The notes: generated by a model from the sequence alone, not told the origin. A stretch of DNA of 64,000 nucleotides from Parachlamydiales bacterium (GCA_963705295.1 OY970065.1:608001-672000); one strand, 5' to 3'. Counted from the stretch's first letter, positions 50,049-61,500 are shown. Numbers and translations are program-made.

Positions 50049-51422
50049 TTAAATATTCGCTAGAGGGTGATCGATGTAGTTTTTTAGATAGGGAATATAG
50101 CGGCCGACATTGGGAATGTTTAAGAATCTTGATAGATCTCGGTAGGTGGCATAGAAAGAATATGCTCTGAAGAGTGTCGTATAGTTTCCAATCACATAAT
50201 CCAAAATGTCAAGCAGGCGGATGTAATTCATCAGAGGATTGACGAGAAAAGGACGGAGTTCCCCAGCTGTTAAAGTGTAAGCGAGGCTTTTTATCGATTC
50301 CCAAGCCAAGGTGTACTTTGCTATGAATTTCAATGTTTTTTCAGAAATTGCGATACCTTTTCTCAATGGAGATGGCACTGTTGTATTGAATATCCATACA
50401 GATAAACTAGCTAGGGTCCAGTAGTAAAAAAGAGTACACAAATAATACCCGAAAACTAAGAGCCCCCATCGTGTAAAATAGGGTTGAATGAAATGATCGA
50501 TTTTAGAAACGAGATCTGAAATATAATGACTCGCAGTTCGGTGAACTTGAATCACTCTGTTGTTAAGTTGTAGGTAATTTGAGATTTTGAGTGCAGCATA
50601 GTAAATGGCAAATCCGAGGATCACCTTTCGCGGAAGAAGGGCAGGAATCTCGTTAAAATGTGTACTTAAAAGTTCTCGATACATTCTGTAATGAGACAGA
50701 AGAGACATCACGCCAAACCGTTGATAAATCGGAAACACAAAGGGACCATTGAAATGATCGACAAATTTAATCAAGATGTTGTGGATAGTGAGTGCGATTT
50801 TCATTTTAGGAACGAGATTCGTTCGGAAAATGGTATCGAAAGCTGTGAGAAAATAATAAGCATTGATCGTGTGGATGGCAGAGGGAATCAGATAGTTGCG
50901 GAAAATCGTTTCGATACGGGTGACAATTTCCTGTCGCAAGTGAGTTCGTCGAACTCTGGTTTGGATGCTTCCGATTTCAGAATTAGGAAACCTTCCACTG
51001 ATATACCTGTAAAAAGTCTTAGAAACGGCAATATTGCTATTGCGTGTGCACTGAGGACACGTCGCTCTGTCTTGAATCCATCGGACAATCTCTTCTTTTT
51101 CGAAAAGATGGAGTCCAGCAGGATTAAAATACCCATCGTCCGTGAGCAGTCTTTGTGAGAGGCTTGCTTGAGGGCCAATTTTGGCTCGTATATCGTGTGG
51201 AATATGCAATGCTTCCATGGCTGCTTCGAATTGAATGCCTCTTTCTGTGTACCAAGGGGGAATTTTTTGTTCAAAAATTGCCAGGATGATACGATCGATC
51301 AACTGAGCCCGTGTCAAGGCTTCATTGCAGGTTGTAAAGACGGGCTCTGTGATGGGACCGTACGAAATCGGACACGTGGGTGCGCCAAATTTTTGGAAAA
51401 GATTAGGATGTTGAATGGTCAT
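50049..51422 (-). CDS. U-box/RING-like membrane protein, tandem paralog
   Basis: CPISYGPITEPVFTTC ... HLFEKEEIVRWIQDRATCPQC. C-terminus nearly identical to its neighbour. Confidence 0.6.
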   Translation of the reverse strand: MTIQHPNLFQKFGAPTCPISYGPITEPVFTTCNEALTRAQLIDRIILAIFEQKIPPWYTERGIQFEAAMEALHIPHDIRAKIGPQASLSQRLLTDDGYFNPAGLHLFEKEEIVRWIQDRATCPQCTRNSNIAVSKTFYRYISGRFPNSEIGSIQTRVRRTHLRQEIVTRIETIFRNYLIPSAIHTINAYYFLTAFDTIFRTNLVPKMKIALTIHNILIKFVDHFNGPFVFPIYQRFGVMSLLSHYRMYRELLSTHFNEIPALLPRKVILGFAIYYAALKISNYLQLNNRVIQVHRTASHYISDLVSKIDHFIQPYFTRWGLLVFGYYLCTLFYYWTLASLSVWIFNTTVPSPLRKGIAISEKTLKFIAKYTLAWESIKSLAYTLTAGELRPFLVNPLMNYIRLLDILDYVIGNYTTLFRAYSFYATYRDLSRFLNIPNVGRYIPYLKNYIDHPLANI

Positions 51423-53148
51423 TTTTTAGCAATTTTTCCAAGATTTGGTTCGATCTCTGAATAAATGTTGTCATCGACTTGGGTTCGATTTCTTTTTGAT
51501 CGAACGAGGCAAGGTCGAGGAGGTGGAGGGCGAGTTCACGGGCGAGGTCGGGTTTTGAATCTTGCATTTTGTAGATGGAAGAGACAATGGCGTTATTGGT
51601 GTTGACGATGAAGGTTTTTTTGGGGGTGAAGGAGTGGGTTTGATCGGAAAGGGTGAGGGCATCGCGGAGGCGTCGAGATTGTTCATCAAAGACGATAAAG
51701 GCGGGGAGAGAATCGGTGGTGAGGCTCTTGGCTTCGACGTCGATCTCGAGGGTTTTTCTAAAAAAGTCGGCGATTTTAGCCGCTTCTGTTTTGTCTCGGC
51801 TTGCATCAAGGATGGAAGGGTCGAGAGCTCCATCAATCCTCTGGAATTTGGTCGAGAGTTTGGTCTCTAGTAAATTGAAAACATGGGCATCGATGGGTGA
51901 ACTGGAAATGATCACTTCTTTATCTTTGAAAAGTTCGAGAATGGAAGCTTTCGCATCGGTTGTGTAAAAAACTTTTTCGGTGTTTTCTAGAGTGGTCCAG
52001 GTATCTTTGGTGGTTTTCCAGATGAGAAAATCTTTGGCACGGGCGAAGAATTTTTCATCCTGGAGGATGCCGAGTTTGATGATGGTTTCGATTTCAGGCC
52101 ACGCTTCTTGAAATTTTTCTTTTTCAAGGGTGTAAAATGAGGCGAGTTTGTCGGCGACTTTTTTGGAGATATGGGTGGCGAGTTGCCTGACGGTCTTGTC
52201 CATCTGGAGATAGCTTCGGGAGACGTTGAGAGGGATATCGGGGCTGTCGAGAGCTCCCCGGAGACAAATCAGGAAGTCAGGAATGAGATCTTTGCAGTTA
52301 TCGGAAACAAAAACCCGGCTGACAAAGAGCTGAATATTACTTTGATTCCAATCAAAACGGCGATTCAGTTTTGGAAAATAAAGAATTCCTTTGAGATGGA
52401 AAGGGACATCGACATTCAAATGGATCCAGAAGATCGGACCTGGCTCCATCGGATAGAGGGTGTGGTAGAAATCAAGATACTCTTTTTCTGTGCAGTCGGA
52501 GCTGTTTTTGAGCCAGAGAGGTTCTTTATCGTTGATCCGTGTTCCGTTCAAATAGATGGGGAAAGGAAGAAAGAGACAGTACCGGGTTAAGATTTGCCGG
52601 AGTCTGCTCTCTTCGAGGAATTCATCGTTTTCTTTGTCGATGAAGAGGGTGATCGTTGTTCCACGATCGGTCCGAGTTCCTGTTTCTAGGGTATATTCGG
52701 AAGAGCCCGAGCATGACCAAAAAGCTGGCTGCGAGGGCTGGTAAGATAAGGTATCGATGGTGACTTTTTCAGCGACCATGTAAGCCGAATAAAATCCAAG
52801 TCCAAAATGGCCGATGATCTGTTCATTGGTTTCATATTTATGGAGAAACTCTTCTGCACCCGAGAAGGCGATTTGGGCAATATACTTCTCGACTTCTTCA
52901 GCCGTCATCCCGATACCTGTATCGAGGAACTGAAGGGTCCGCCCGTCTTTGTTGATGTTAATTTCAATTTTTAAATCTTCATCTTTGACGTCGACGAGAT
53001 TTTGGTCGCGGAGGATTTGGAGTTTCCGGAGGGCATCGCAGCTGTTGGAGACAAGCTCCCTGACAAAAATATCTTTATCCGAGTAAAGCCATCTTTTTAT
53101 GATGGGAAGGATATTTTCAGTATGGATTTTTAGAGTTTTGTGTGACAT
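51403..53148 (-). CDS. htpG: Chaperone HtpG (Hsp90)
   Basis: LYSDKDIFVRELVSN, DTGIGMT, IGHFGLGFYS, GTTITL, PLNVSRS. Confidence 0.95.
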   Translation of the reverse strand: MSHKTLKIHTENILPIIKRWLYSDKDIFVRELVSNSCDALRKLQILRDQNLVDVKDEDLKIEININKDGRTLQFLDTGIGMTAEEVEKYIAQIAFSGAEEFLHKYETNEQIIGHFGLGFYSAYMVAEKVTIDTLSYQPSQPAFWSCSGSSEYTLETGTRTDRGTTITLFIDKENDEFLEESRLRQILTRYCLFLPFPIYLNGTRINDKEPLWLKNSSDCTEKEYLDFYHTLYPMEPGPIFWIHLNVDVPFHLKGILYFPKLNRRFDWNQSNIQLFVSRVFVSDNCKDLIPDFLICLRGALDSPDIPLNVSRSYLQMDKTVRQLATHISKKVADKLASFYTLEKEKFQEAWPEIETIIKLGILQDEKFFARAKDFLIWKTTKDTWTTLENTEKVFYTTDAKASILELFKDKEVIISSSPIDAHVFNLLETKLSTKFQRIDGALDPSILDASRDKTEAAKIADFFRKTLEIDVEAKSLTTDSLPAFIVFDEQSRRLRDALTLSDQTHSFTPKKTFIVNTNNAIVSSIYKMQDSKPDLARELALHLLDLASFDQKEIEPKSMTTFIQRSNQILEKLLKNDHSTS

Positions 53149-53166
53149 ACACAAAAATTATACCAC

Positions 53167-54801
53167 ATGAGAATTTTAGTTGCCCAGCTTGATCCGACTA
53201 TTGGAGATTTTTCCGGTAATCTTCAAAAAATTATTAATGCGTTGAAGCATGCCCGTGAAAAGAAGGTCGATATTGTCCTCTTTTCTGAGATGGCGATCTG
53301 CGCCTATCCACCCGAGGATTTGGTTCTCCATGACACGTTCATTTTGGCCTGCGAAGAGACTCTCCAAGAGATTGTGCCACATACGAAAGATTTAATGGTC
53401 GTTGTTGGACTAGCGCGGAGAAATTTCGCGCAGGGTGAAAAAACATTATTAAACAGTGCTGCCATCATTCAAGATGGGATGATTGTCGGTTTTCAAGACA
53501 AGGCGCTCCTTCCAACCTATGACGTGTTCGATGAGAGACGGTATTTTGAGCCAGGGAGTGAGTTCCGATCCTGGGAGTGGAGAGGAAAAAAAGTCGGCGT
53601 GCTCATTTGTGAAGATATTTGGCAGCATGCAGGCTACGTCGGTTATACCCGTTACGCCTGTGATCCCGTGCTGGAGATGCAAAAGCTTGGAATCGATCTC
53701 CTCCTCAATGCATCGGCTTCCCCTTACCAATTTAAAAAACCCGATATCCGCGTTAAAGTGTGTCAAAAAGCGGCCAGAACATTGAAATGCCCCGTGGTTC
53801 TGTGTGCACAGGTAGGAGGAAATGATCAGCTCGTTTTTGATGGGTACAGTGTCTATGTCGATCATAGGGGAGAGTTGCAACAACTGGCCAACGGATTTGA
53901 AGAAGATTGGATGGTGATTGATACAGAGGCACCTTCAAAACGGTTCCATTTTGAATACGACGCGGTCGGAGATCTCTATAAGGCATTGGTGCTGGGTGTT
54001 AGAGATTATTTTCACAAACAAAATTTTAGAAAAGCGATCTTAGGGCTGTCGGGCGGTATTGATTCGGCACTCACGGCTTGTATCGCTGTTGAGGCTTTAG
54101 GAAAGGAAAATGTTTTTGGACTGAGCATGCCTTCCCGCTTCAGTTCCGCAAGCAGTTTGAAAGATTCGGAAGATTTGGCCAAAAATCTCGGGATTCGGTT
54201 CGATGTGATCTCGATCGATGCCATTTATCAAAATTATTTGGATATCTTTCACCCGTTTTCCCAAGGAAAGCCGTTCGATATAACAGAGGAAAATCTCCAA
54301 GCCCGTATCCGGGGAAATATCCTCATGGCGTTTTCCAATAAGTTTTCTTATTTAGTTTTGGGTACCGGAAATAAAAGCGAACTCGCCATGGGTTATTGCA
54401 CCTTGTATGGCGATATGGTTGCAGGCCTTGGCGTTCTCGCCGATGTCAGCAAAACACAGGTCTATCAGCTGTCGCGCTGGATCAACAAACATCACCAGCT
54501 GATCCCACCGTCCACCCTCGAAAAAGCCCCTTCAGCAGAACTCCGACCTGGACAGAAAGATTCCGATACACTTCCCGCTTTCTCTATCCTCGATGCAGTC
54601 CTCGAAGCTTATGTCGAAGATTATTTGTCCGCCGATGAAATTGTAAAAAAATACCATATCGATAAAGAGATCGTCCTAGATCTCATCCACCGGATCCACC
54701 GAGCAGAATATAAAAGGCGTCAAGCTGCCCCCGGCATCCGCGTCACCAAAAAAGCTTTTAAAATAGGGCGCCTCTTCCCCATCGTCCAAAAATGGGCCTA
54801 A
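53167..54801 (+). CDS. nadE: Glutamine-dependent NAD+ synthetase
   Basis: Nitrilase domain (FDERRYF, ICEDIW), GLSGGIDS, ENLQARIRG, NKSE, PSAEL. Confidence 0.95.
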   Translation: MRILVAQLDPTIGDFSGNLQKIINALKHAREKKVDIVLFSEMAICAYPPEDLVLHDTFILACEETLQEIVPHTKDLMVVVGLARRNFAQGEKTLLNSAAIIQDGMIVGFQDKALLPTYDVFDERRYFEPGSEFRSWEWRGKKVGVLICEDIWQHAGYVGYTRYACDPVLEMQKLGIDLLLNASASPYQFKKPDIRVKVCQKAARTLKCPVVLCAQVGGNDQLVFDGYSVYVDHRGELQQLANGFEEDWMVIDTEAPSKRFHFEYDAVGDLYKALVLGVRDYFHKQNFRKAILGLSGGIDSALTACIAVEALGKENVFGLSMPSRFSSASSLKDSEDLAKNLGIRFDVISIDAIYQNYLDIFHPFSQGKPFDITEENLQARIRGNILMAFSNKFSYLVLGTGNKSELAMGYCTLYGDMVAGLGVLADVSKTQVYQLSRWINKHHQLIPPSTLEKAPSAELRPGQKDSDTLPAFSILDAVLEAYVEDYLSADEIVKKYHIDKEIVLDLIHRIHRAEYKRRQAAPGIRVTKKAFKIGRLFPIVQKWA

Positions 54802-54961
54802 TAACCAGGGGGATAAAAGGGTGGCAACCTGCTTGCTGCGGCTTTGTAAAATCTATTTCCAAATCGCAGGCCGTGGTGCAAGAACCCTGTTCCGCGATTT
54901 GGAAATCGATTTTACTTTGCCTCGCTTGCGCATCTTGTCACCCTTTTATCCCCCTGATTAT
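54801..54961. repeat. Palindromic MITE-like element, copy 3
   Basis: CAGGGGGATAAAAGGGTG pairs with CACCCTTTTATCCCCCTG. Inner stem ATTTCCAAATCGC/GCGATTTGGAAAT. TA on both flanks. Confidence 0.8.
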
Positions 54962-55881
54962 TAAATATCATTCCAGGAGAAAGGAAGGATTTCGGAGATC
55001 GATTCTTTCTTTAAATGGAGCATCAGAAGTCGATCGAAGCCGACGGCGACGCCGCACGAATCAGGCAGACCTTGTTCTAAAGCGGTGAGAAAATGTTCAT
55101 CGATGGGTAGAACGGTTTTGCCGAGCTTGTGCCGCTCTTCATTCGAATGGATGAAGCGGAGCCGTTGTTCAAGGGGATCAGTGAGTTCGTGAAAACCATT
55201 CGCGAGTTCAATTCCATCAAAGTAGATCTCGAACCGCTCAGCAACGACTCCTTCCGAAGTCGTTCTCAATTGAGCGAGGGCAGCTTGTGGTGGAGGAAAA
55301 TCATAGATGATATGAAGACCTTTCAATTGAGGTTCGATGATAAAGGCCATGATGAAGTGTAAAAGGGTATCTTTATCTTTGAATTGAGGTTCTGTTGTTA
55401 TCCTTTTGAGGTCATCTGGTGTTGCGGATCTGTAGTCGATGCCGACAAATTTTTCAAAAGCTTGTGCATAAGTATGGTATTGAACGGGGATTCGGTCTAA
55501 AAAAAGATGGATAAGGTCGAGGGTTTCATCGATGAGAAATTGGAGAGGAACTCCGACTCGGTACCATTCGATCATGGTGAATTCTGGATTGTGAAGCCTG
55601 CCCGATTCTCCAGCGCGAAAGACATGGGATAGTTGATAGATATCGCCGCTGCCTTGAACAAGGAGCCTTTTCATTGCGTATTCGGCCGAGGTGTGAAGGT
55701 ATCCTTTTTCTTGAGTCTGGACTTCCATCACTTCATTATGGATATCGATGGGAGCTGCGTGAGATAAAATCGGAGTGTCAACTTCCAGAACTTCTCGCTC
55801 AGCAAAAAAGGTGCGCACGCGGGCCAGCATGCGGCCGCGGTGTTGCAACAGAATTGTTTTAGACTCGAGAGACGTATTCAC
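54961..55881 (-). CDS. epmA: EF-P lysine aminoacylase EpmA (GenX/PoxA)
   Basis: LEVDTP, LHTSAEYAMKRLL, HNPEFTMIEWY, ELANGFHEL, GVAVGFDRL; adjacent to efp. GTG start assumed. Confidence 0.92.
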   Translation of the reverse strand: MNTSLESKTILLQHRGRMLARVRTFFAEREVLEVDTPILSHAAPIDIHNEVMEVQTQEKGYLHTSAEYAMKRLLVQGSGDIYQLSHVFRAGESGRLHNPEFTMIEWYRVGVPLQFLIDETLDLIHLFLDRIPVQYHTYAQAFEKFVGIDYRSATPDDLKRITTEPQFKDKDTLLHFIMAFIIEPQLKGLHIIYDFPPPQAALAQLRTTSEGVVAERFEIYFDGIELANGFHELTDPLEQRLRFIHSNEERHKLGKTVLPIDEHFLTALEQGLPDSCGVAVGFDRLLMLHLKKESISEILPFSWNDI

Positions 55882-56422
55882 CGGTACGGGTGTCGACTTT
55901 GATTTTGTCACCTTCTTCGACGAAAATGGGGACCTGAACTTTAGCGCCACTTTCTGTCGTTGCCGGTTTCAGAACACGGCCGGAAGTATCGCCGCGGACT
56001 CCTGGAGCCGTTTCGACAATTTTCATCTCCATGAAGGTGGGTGGTACCACTTCGATCGGAGCTCCTTTGTAGAAGATAATTGAATAAACAATTTCTTCCA
56101 TCAACCACGGCTGACGCTCTCCGATGATTTTTAAAGGAATGTTGACTTGTTCAAAGGTATTATCATCCATGAAGACACCATTGTCGCTATCGGTATAGAG
56201 AAGGCGCATCTTCGATTCAACGACATCGGCGAGAGCGAGTTTTTCTCCCGATTTAAACGTCCGCTCGATCACCCGTCCCGTGATGAGATGCTTGAGTTTT
56301 GTTCGATTAAAAGGTTGTCCTTTACCAGGTTTGACAAACTCATTGCTCACCATGGTATACGGCTCGCCATCGATCTCAACTTTTAAACCTGCTCTAAATT
56401 CATTCGTGCTAACTTGCGACAT
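55859..56422 (-). CDS. efp: Elongation factor P
   Basis: KPGKG, TFKSGE, PGVRGDT, KVDTRTGEYVSR. Confidence 0.97.
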   Translation of the reverse strand: MSQVSTNEFRAGLKVEIDGEPYTMVSNEFVKPGKGQPFNRTKLKHLITGRVIERTFKSGEKLALADVVESKMRLLYTDSDNGVFMDDNTFEQVNIPLKIIGERQPWLMEEIVYSIIFYKGAPIEVVPPTFMEMKIVETAPGVRGDTSGRVLKPATTESGAKVQVPIFVEEGDKIKVDTRTGEYVSRV

Positions 56423-56528
56423 AACTGAAAAAGAATGTCAGATCTCGATCTTTCCGGTCAAGGAAAGAAAAAATTCACAAAAAAACAAAAAAATGTTTTA
56501 TTTAATTCATAACAGTGAGGAGAAAAAA

Positions 56529-57590
56529 ATGTCACAACCAACCATGGCAGCTAAAATGGAGTTTTTTTTGTATAGGTTCTCAACGTTTTTTAAGTCATTC
56601 AAAACCCTTTATACATTACCTCCAGAGAAGATCGAGTCGTTCTTGAATTCTTATAATATCTACGATCACGATTGGGCCGATGAAGAACACCTCATTGCAA
56701 AAATGGGGAAAGACTATTACCAAGAAATCAAACGAAAGCTGGTCGACTATTACAGTGTCCTCAACCATCTTTGTGCTCTTGGCCAAGTCGAAAAGATGTA
56801 CATTCCTCCAGCGATCGATTTATCCGTCAGCATCATTGCGAACCAAGATCTTTTTGAAGAGAGAATGATGAAAGATCTCGGACTTAAAAAAGGGGGCAAA
56901 GTTTTGGATATCGGCTGCGGAAGGGGAAGAGTAGCCAGCCATATGGCCTCGAAGACAGGAGCTCAAGTTATCGGGATGAATATCGATCCGAATCAATTGG
57001 AGTCGGCAGAGAAGTTTGCAAAAGGAAAAGGACTGAGTCAGCAATGCGAATTCAAATTAGCCGACATGAACGATCTACCCCTCCCTTTTGGCGATCGATC
57101 CTTGGATGCTGTTTATCAAATTCAAGTCTTTAGCCTTTCCAAAGACCTCGAAAAACTTTTCAAAGAGATCTACCGTATTTTGAAACCAGGTGGAAAATTT
57201 TCATGCCTCGATTGGTTTTATTTAGACAATTACGATGATAAGAATTCTCATCATGTCGATCTCATGAAAAGGATCAAACCGTTAATCGGCGCGATCGGTA
57301 CCCCGTCCATTGATCGGTATGTAGAGCTGCTGAAAAAAGCCGGATTTGAGATCATCGTCAACGAAAATGCCAGTATGGATGGGCTGCAGGCACCGCTCAT
57401 AGAAAATGCTGACAAGTTCTTTACACGGCTCGCACGTCTGATTAAGTTGTTCGTTAGTTGCAAAGTGCTTCCGAAACATTTTAAAGTTCTTTTCGATCGT
57501 CTCACAAAAGATGGACAAGCTTTTGTGGAAGCCGATCGTCTAAAACTTGTGACGACAAGCCATTACATTGTCGCTCAAAAAAAAGGTTAG
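56529..57590 (+). CDS. SAM-dependent methyltransferase, sterol C-24 methyltransferase-like
   Basis: VLDIGCGRG, EIYRILKPGG, DWFYLDNYDDKNSHH resembling the SMT C-terminal segment. Confidence 0.7.
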   Translation: MSQPTMAAKMEFFLYRFSTFFKSFKTLYTLPPEKIESFLNSYNIYDHDWADEEHLIAKMGKDYYQEIKRKLVDYYSVLNHLCALGQVEKMYIPPAIDLSVSIIANQDLFEERMMKDLGLKKGGKVLDIGCGRGRVASHMASKTGAQVIGMNIDPNQLESAEKFAKGKGLSQQCEFKLADMNDLPLPFGDRSLDAVYQIQVFSLSKDLEKLFKEIYRILKPGGKFSCLDWFYLDNYDDKNSHHVDLMKRIKPLIGAIGTPSIDRYVELLKKAGFEIIVNENASMDGLQAPLIENADKFFTRLARLIKLFVSCKVLPKHFKVLFDRLTKDGQAFVEADRLKLVTTSHYIVAQKKG

Positions 57591-57655
57591 TAATTTTTTC
57601 TTTGAGATGGTAAAAAAGAAAATGTAATTTAACCCTTAAATAAGGAGATACTCGT

Positions 57656-58171
57656 ATGTGGAAATCATTGATAGCTGCTCTTCTCATCGCAATGCCATTT
57701 GCTGCGCAAGCAAAAGAAAAATCGTGCAATAACGGCCTGAAAAAGAAAGATATTCAGGGAACCTATGTTGCTTATGGATTTTCAAATAGCCTTCCTATTG
57801 TAGGAGAACCTACGAATTTTCAATCCATTGGTGTCATTTTTCAATCGGTTTTTAACAGAGATGGTACAGGAACGATTGTTGCACTCGATGAAGCAGCAGT
57901 CATTGGTGGACAAGCGGTGGATGTGATACCTGGGAATCCGGTCAATCTTCCTTTTACCTACAAATTAAATTATCTAGGTGTCAGTGGATATGCATTGATT
58001 ACCGTTCCTAACTTCCCTGCTCCCAATGTAACAACTCAATTTGTACAACATTTCAAAGTGCAAAATGGAGAAGTTGTCGGTTTTGTTCTCTTAGCACCGA
58101 CCAACCTTGCTCCTGCCACTCCCCCTTCAGCGGGTCTATGGCTCGTTGCAGAAGGGTTCAAAGTAAACTAA
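57656..58171 (+). CDS. Secreted hypothetical protein
   Basis: AAGGAG RBS; signal peptide ending AQA. Confidence 0.7.
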   Translation: MWKSLIAALLIAMPFAAQAKEKSCNNGLKKKDIQGTYVAYGFSNSLPIVGEPTNFQSIGVIFQSVFNRDGTGTIVALDEAAVIGGQAVDVIPGNPVNLPFTYKLNYLGVSGYALITVPNFPAPNVTTQFVQHFKVQNGEVVGFVLLAPTNLAPATPPSAGLWLVAEGFKVN

Positions 58172-58174
58172 GGT

Positions 58175-58546
58175 TCAGTGGGGTGAAGGGTTAATAAACT
58201 CCTTCACCTTCATGAGAATCGAGTATTCAGATTGACCGTCAGAACGAAAACCCGAATGTGTAACTGTAAATATATAATTCTGAAATTCTGGGATCATCGA
58301 TTGATCGCCGCGAATATGGAGCGCAGAAACTCTCCACCAAACCCACGTCACTGTTTCATCTAAAGGTGGAAGGCATTCAGCTTTCAAAACCCTTGTGACT
58401 TGCCAGTTTGTGAGGGGATTAATACAAACCGTCGAGAAGATGGAATCGGGGAAAAGGGTTGATAGACCACGTTCATCAATACGCAGCTCGGAAATTTCCT
58501 GAGCTGACATGGTATACGTTTTATTAAATTGTGTAGGTGTTGTCAT
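58175..58546 (-). CDS. Hypothetical protein
   Basis: 123-aa ORF with AAGGAG RBS. Confidence 0.6.
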   Translation of the reverse strand: MTTPTQFNKTYTMSAQEISELRIDERGLSTLFPDSIFSTVCINPLTNWQVTRVLKAECLPPLDETVTWVWWRVSALHIRGDQSMIPEFQNYIFTVTHSGFRSDGQSEYSILMKVKEFINPSPH

Positions 58547-58586
58547 AAATACTCCTTGAATTAATAATTTTATAACAATAATTGTA

Positions 58587-61500
58587 TTAACTCAAGTTTT
58601 CTAAGGCTTGTTTTTCTAATTCGGCGGGGGATTTGAAAGGTTTAATGGTAAATAATTTTTTGACAGTACCTTTAGGGGTTTGTTTTTCAGTATCTAAGGT
58701 GTGAGAATTGAACTTGAGGAAGATAAACCGTTTTTGGGCGGCGACGACGCGGATGCGGGTGAGATGGTAGAGCCAAAGGACAGGGAGGGGCGGTTTTCCG
58801 AATCGATCTTTCAGTTCTTCGAGAAGGGCATCGACTTCTTCGAGGGTTGTCGTATCTCCAAGGCGGTGGTAGATTTCTAAACGGAGAGAATTTTCTGCAA
58901 TGTAGTCTTCAGGAATGCGGGCATCGTAAGGGAACTCCATTTTGGTTTCGAGAAAGGTTGGTTCAAGTTTTTTCTTGAGCGCTTCGATGGTTCTTTTGAG
59001 GAGTTTGCAATAGAGATGAAAGCCGATGGATGAGACGTGGCCTGATTGTTGAACGCCGAGCATATCGCCGGCTCCGCGGATTTCGAGGTCGCGCTGGGCG
59101 ATTTTCATTCCCCCTCCGTAGCCTTGAGCTTCTAAAAGGGCGTAAAGGCGCTTGCGGGAGATTTCAGGAAGTTCGCGGAGACGCGGAACAAGAAAATATG
59201 CATAGGCAGGGCGGTTCCATCTTCCGACACGGCCGCGGAGTTGATACAGATCGGCAAGCCCAAATTTGTCGGCCCTGTCGATGAGGATGGTGTTGGCATT
59301 CGGAATATCGATTCCGTTTTCGACAATGGTCGTGGCGACGAGAATATCGGCGTGTCCGTTTTTAAAAGCATGAAAAACGGTATCGAGCTCATCGGATGAC
59401 ATTTGGCCATGACCTACCAAAACGCGGGCCTGAGGAACAAGCCGTTTGATTTCATCGGCGACGGAGGTGATGGTTTCGACACGGTTGTGAATGAAGAAGA
59501 CTTGCCCATCACGAGTCAGTTCGCGCAGAAGTGCATTGGTGACGAGCTGAGGATCTCTCTCAGCAATGATGGTCTTGATGGGAAGCCGGTCTTGTGGAGG
59601 TGTATTGATGATTGAAATTTCCCTGGCTCCGACAAGAGAAAGATAGAGTGTTCTGGGAATTGGTGTTGCTGTTAAGGTGAGGCAATCGACGCCGGCTTTC
59701 CGTGCTTTGAGATGTTCTTTCGAACGGACCCCAAACCGTTGTTCTTCATCGATAATGATAAGACCGAGATTTTTGAATACGACATCTTTGCTGAGAAGCC
59801 TGTGTGTGCCAATGAGAATGTCGACTTTTCCTTCTTTCGTCTCAGCCAAAATTTTCTTCACTTCTTTGGGTGTATGAAACCGGGAAACAACTTTTATGAT
59901 GAGGGGGTGATTGGCCATTCTCTCGGAGAACGTTTCAAAATGTTGGAGAGCAAGGACTGTGGTAGGAACTAAAACGGCAACCTGTTTTTTTCCTTCGACT
60001 GCGGCTTTAAAAGCCGCCCGCATGGCCACTTCGGTTTTCCCATAACCGACATCGCCACAAAGGAGCCGGTCCATAGCTTTGGTGGTGGTCATGTCGATTT
60101 TGATTTCTTCAATGGCTCTCAGCTGATCTTCTGTTTCGGTGTACGGAAATTCTTCTTCAAAAGATCGGATTTCATCCGAATCCGGCGGAAAGACGAAACC
60201 GCCTTGAACTTCCCGCTCGGCATTCATCCGGAGGAGGTCTTGGGCATAACCAACAATGGCTTTCTGAGCATTGGCCTTGGTCCGTTGCCAATATTTTGCG
60301 CCGATCGTATGGAGTGTGGGAGTCTCTTCTCTAGAACCGATATACCGACTGACGAGGTAGGCTTGCGATGCGGGGACAAAAAGTTTGCTTTTCTCGGCGT
60401 ATTCCAAAACGAGATATTCTGTTTCGATCCCAAGATGGTTCGGTCTTTTTTCAATCCCGAGATATTTTCCAATCCCTTGATGGAAATGGACAACGAGTTC
60501 TCCTGGAACGAGCTCGTGAAAATCAGAAGGAGGAGTGTGGTAGGTGCTCCGCCATTTTTCCCTCCGGATTTTTTGCTTATGGGTGATTTCGGTCATGGGT
60601 ATGAGGATCACTGGAGAATCTTTGAGCGCGAAACCATTGGTAAGATATCCCCGTTCGAAATGGGTTTTGGGAGGAGCTTTGATTTTTTCTTGGAGAGTTT
60701 TTTCCTCGGCTTCATTGGACGTGATGAAATAGACCTCAGAATCCGACCTGTCTAAAGTAGGAAGGTATCCTTGTACGGGAAGGAATGGATGATTCCAACG
60801 TTTGGCTTGAAAATGGGTGTTAAAAAATTCGAAGGAAACGACTTTTTTATCAACACGGACTTCGGAAAGTTCTTCCATCGGTTCTTCGGTCCAGTAGATT
60901 TTTTTGAGGGGTTTAATCTCTTTTAAAAGATCGTCGAAGGTGAGGAAGAATTTCGATTGGGATCCAGGAAGAGCTTTGAAAGAGACATATTTGTCTTCGA
61001 GTGCGAGGAGGTTATCGAAGATGACGACGGTGTCTGGCCCGAGATACGAAAATATCGAAGTCGGATCAGGATCTCTGTGGAGGAGGTCGGTTTCATAGAC
61101 CGGTGAAATGAAAGCTCGATCGATTTTCCCGGTCGATTTTTGGCCGATCGGATCAAAGGTTCGGATCGTGTCGATCGTGTCTCCAAAAAAATCGATACGG
61201 AATGGGCTTGGCGCACTCACCGGATAGATATCTAGAATTCCTCCACGGAGTGCAAATTCTCCTTTATCAGCGACAACGGCAGACCTTCGATAACCCAGAT
61301 AAGTGAGCCACTCTGTGAGAGAGAGAAAGGGAAGATTTTCTCCTTTTATAAGGGTTCGACAAAGAGGTCCTAAAAAAGCAGGGTTCGGGACTTTTTGAAG
61401 GGCTGATTGGAGAGGACAAACAACGACTTTTTTCTCATGGAGGAGCTGATGGAGAATCTGTAGCCGTTTTCCGACAATATCGGGGCTCGGCGCAATTTCT

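Noticed and set aside
54792..55088. 98-aa ORF, and the similar ORF 15530..15925, crossing palindromic elements
   Set aside because: They read through repeat DNA and overlap real genes, with no independent coding evidence.
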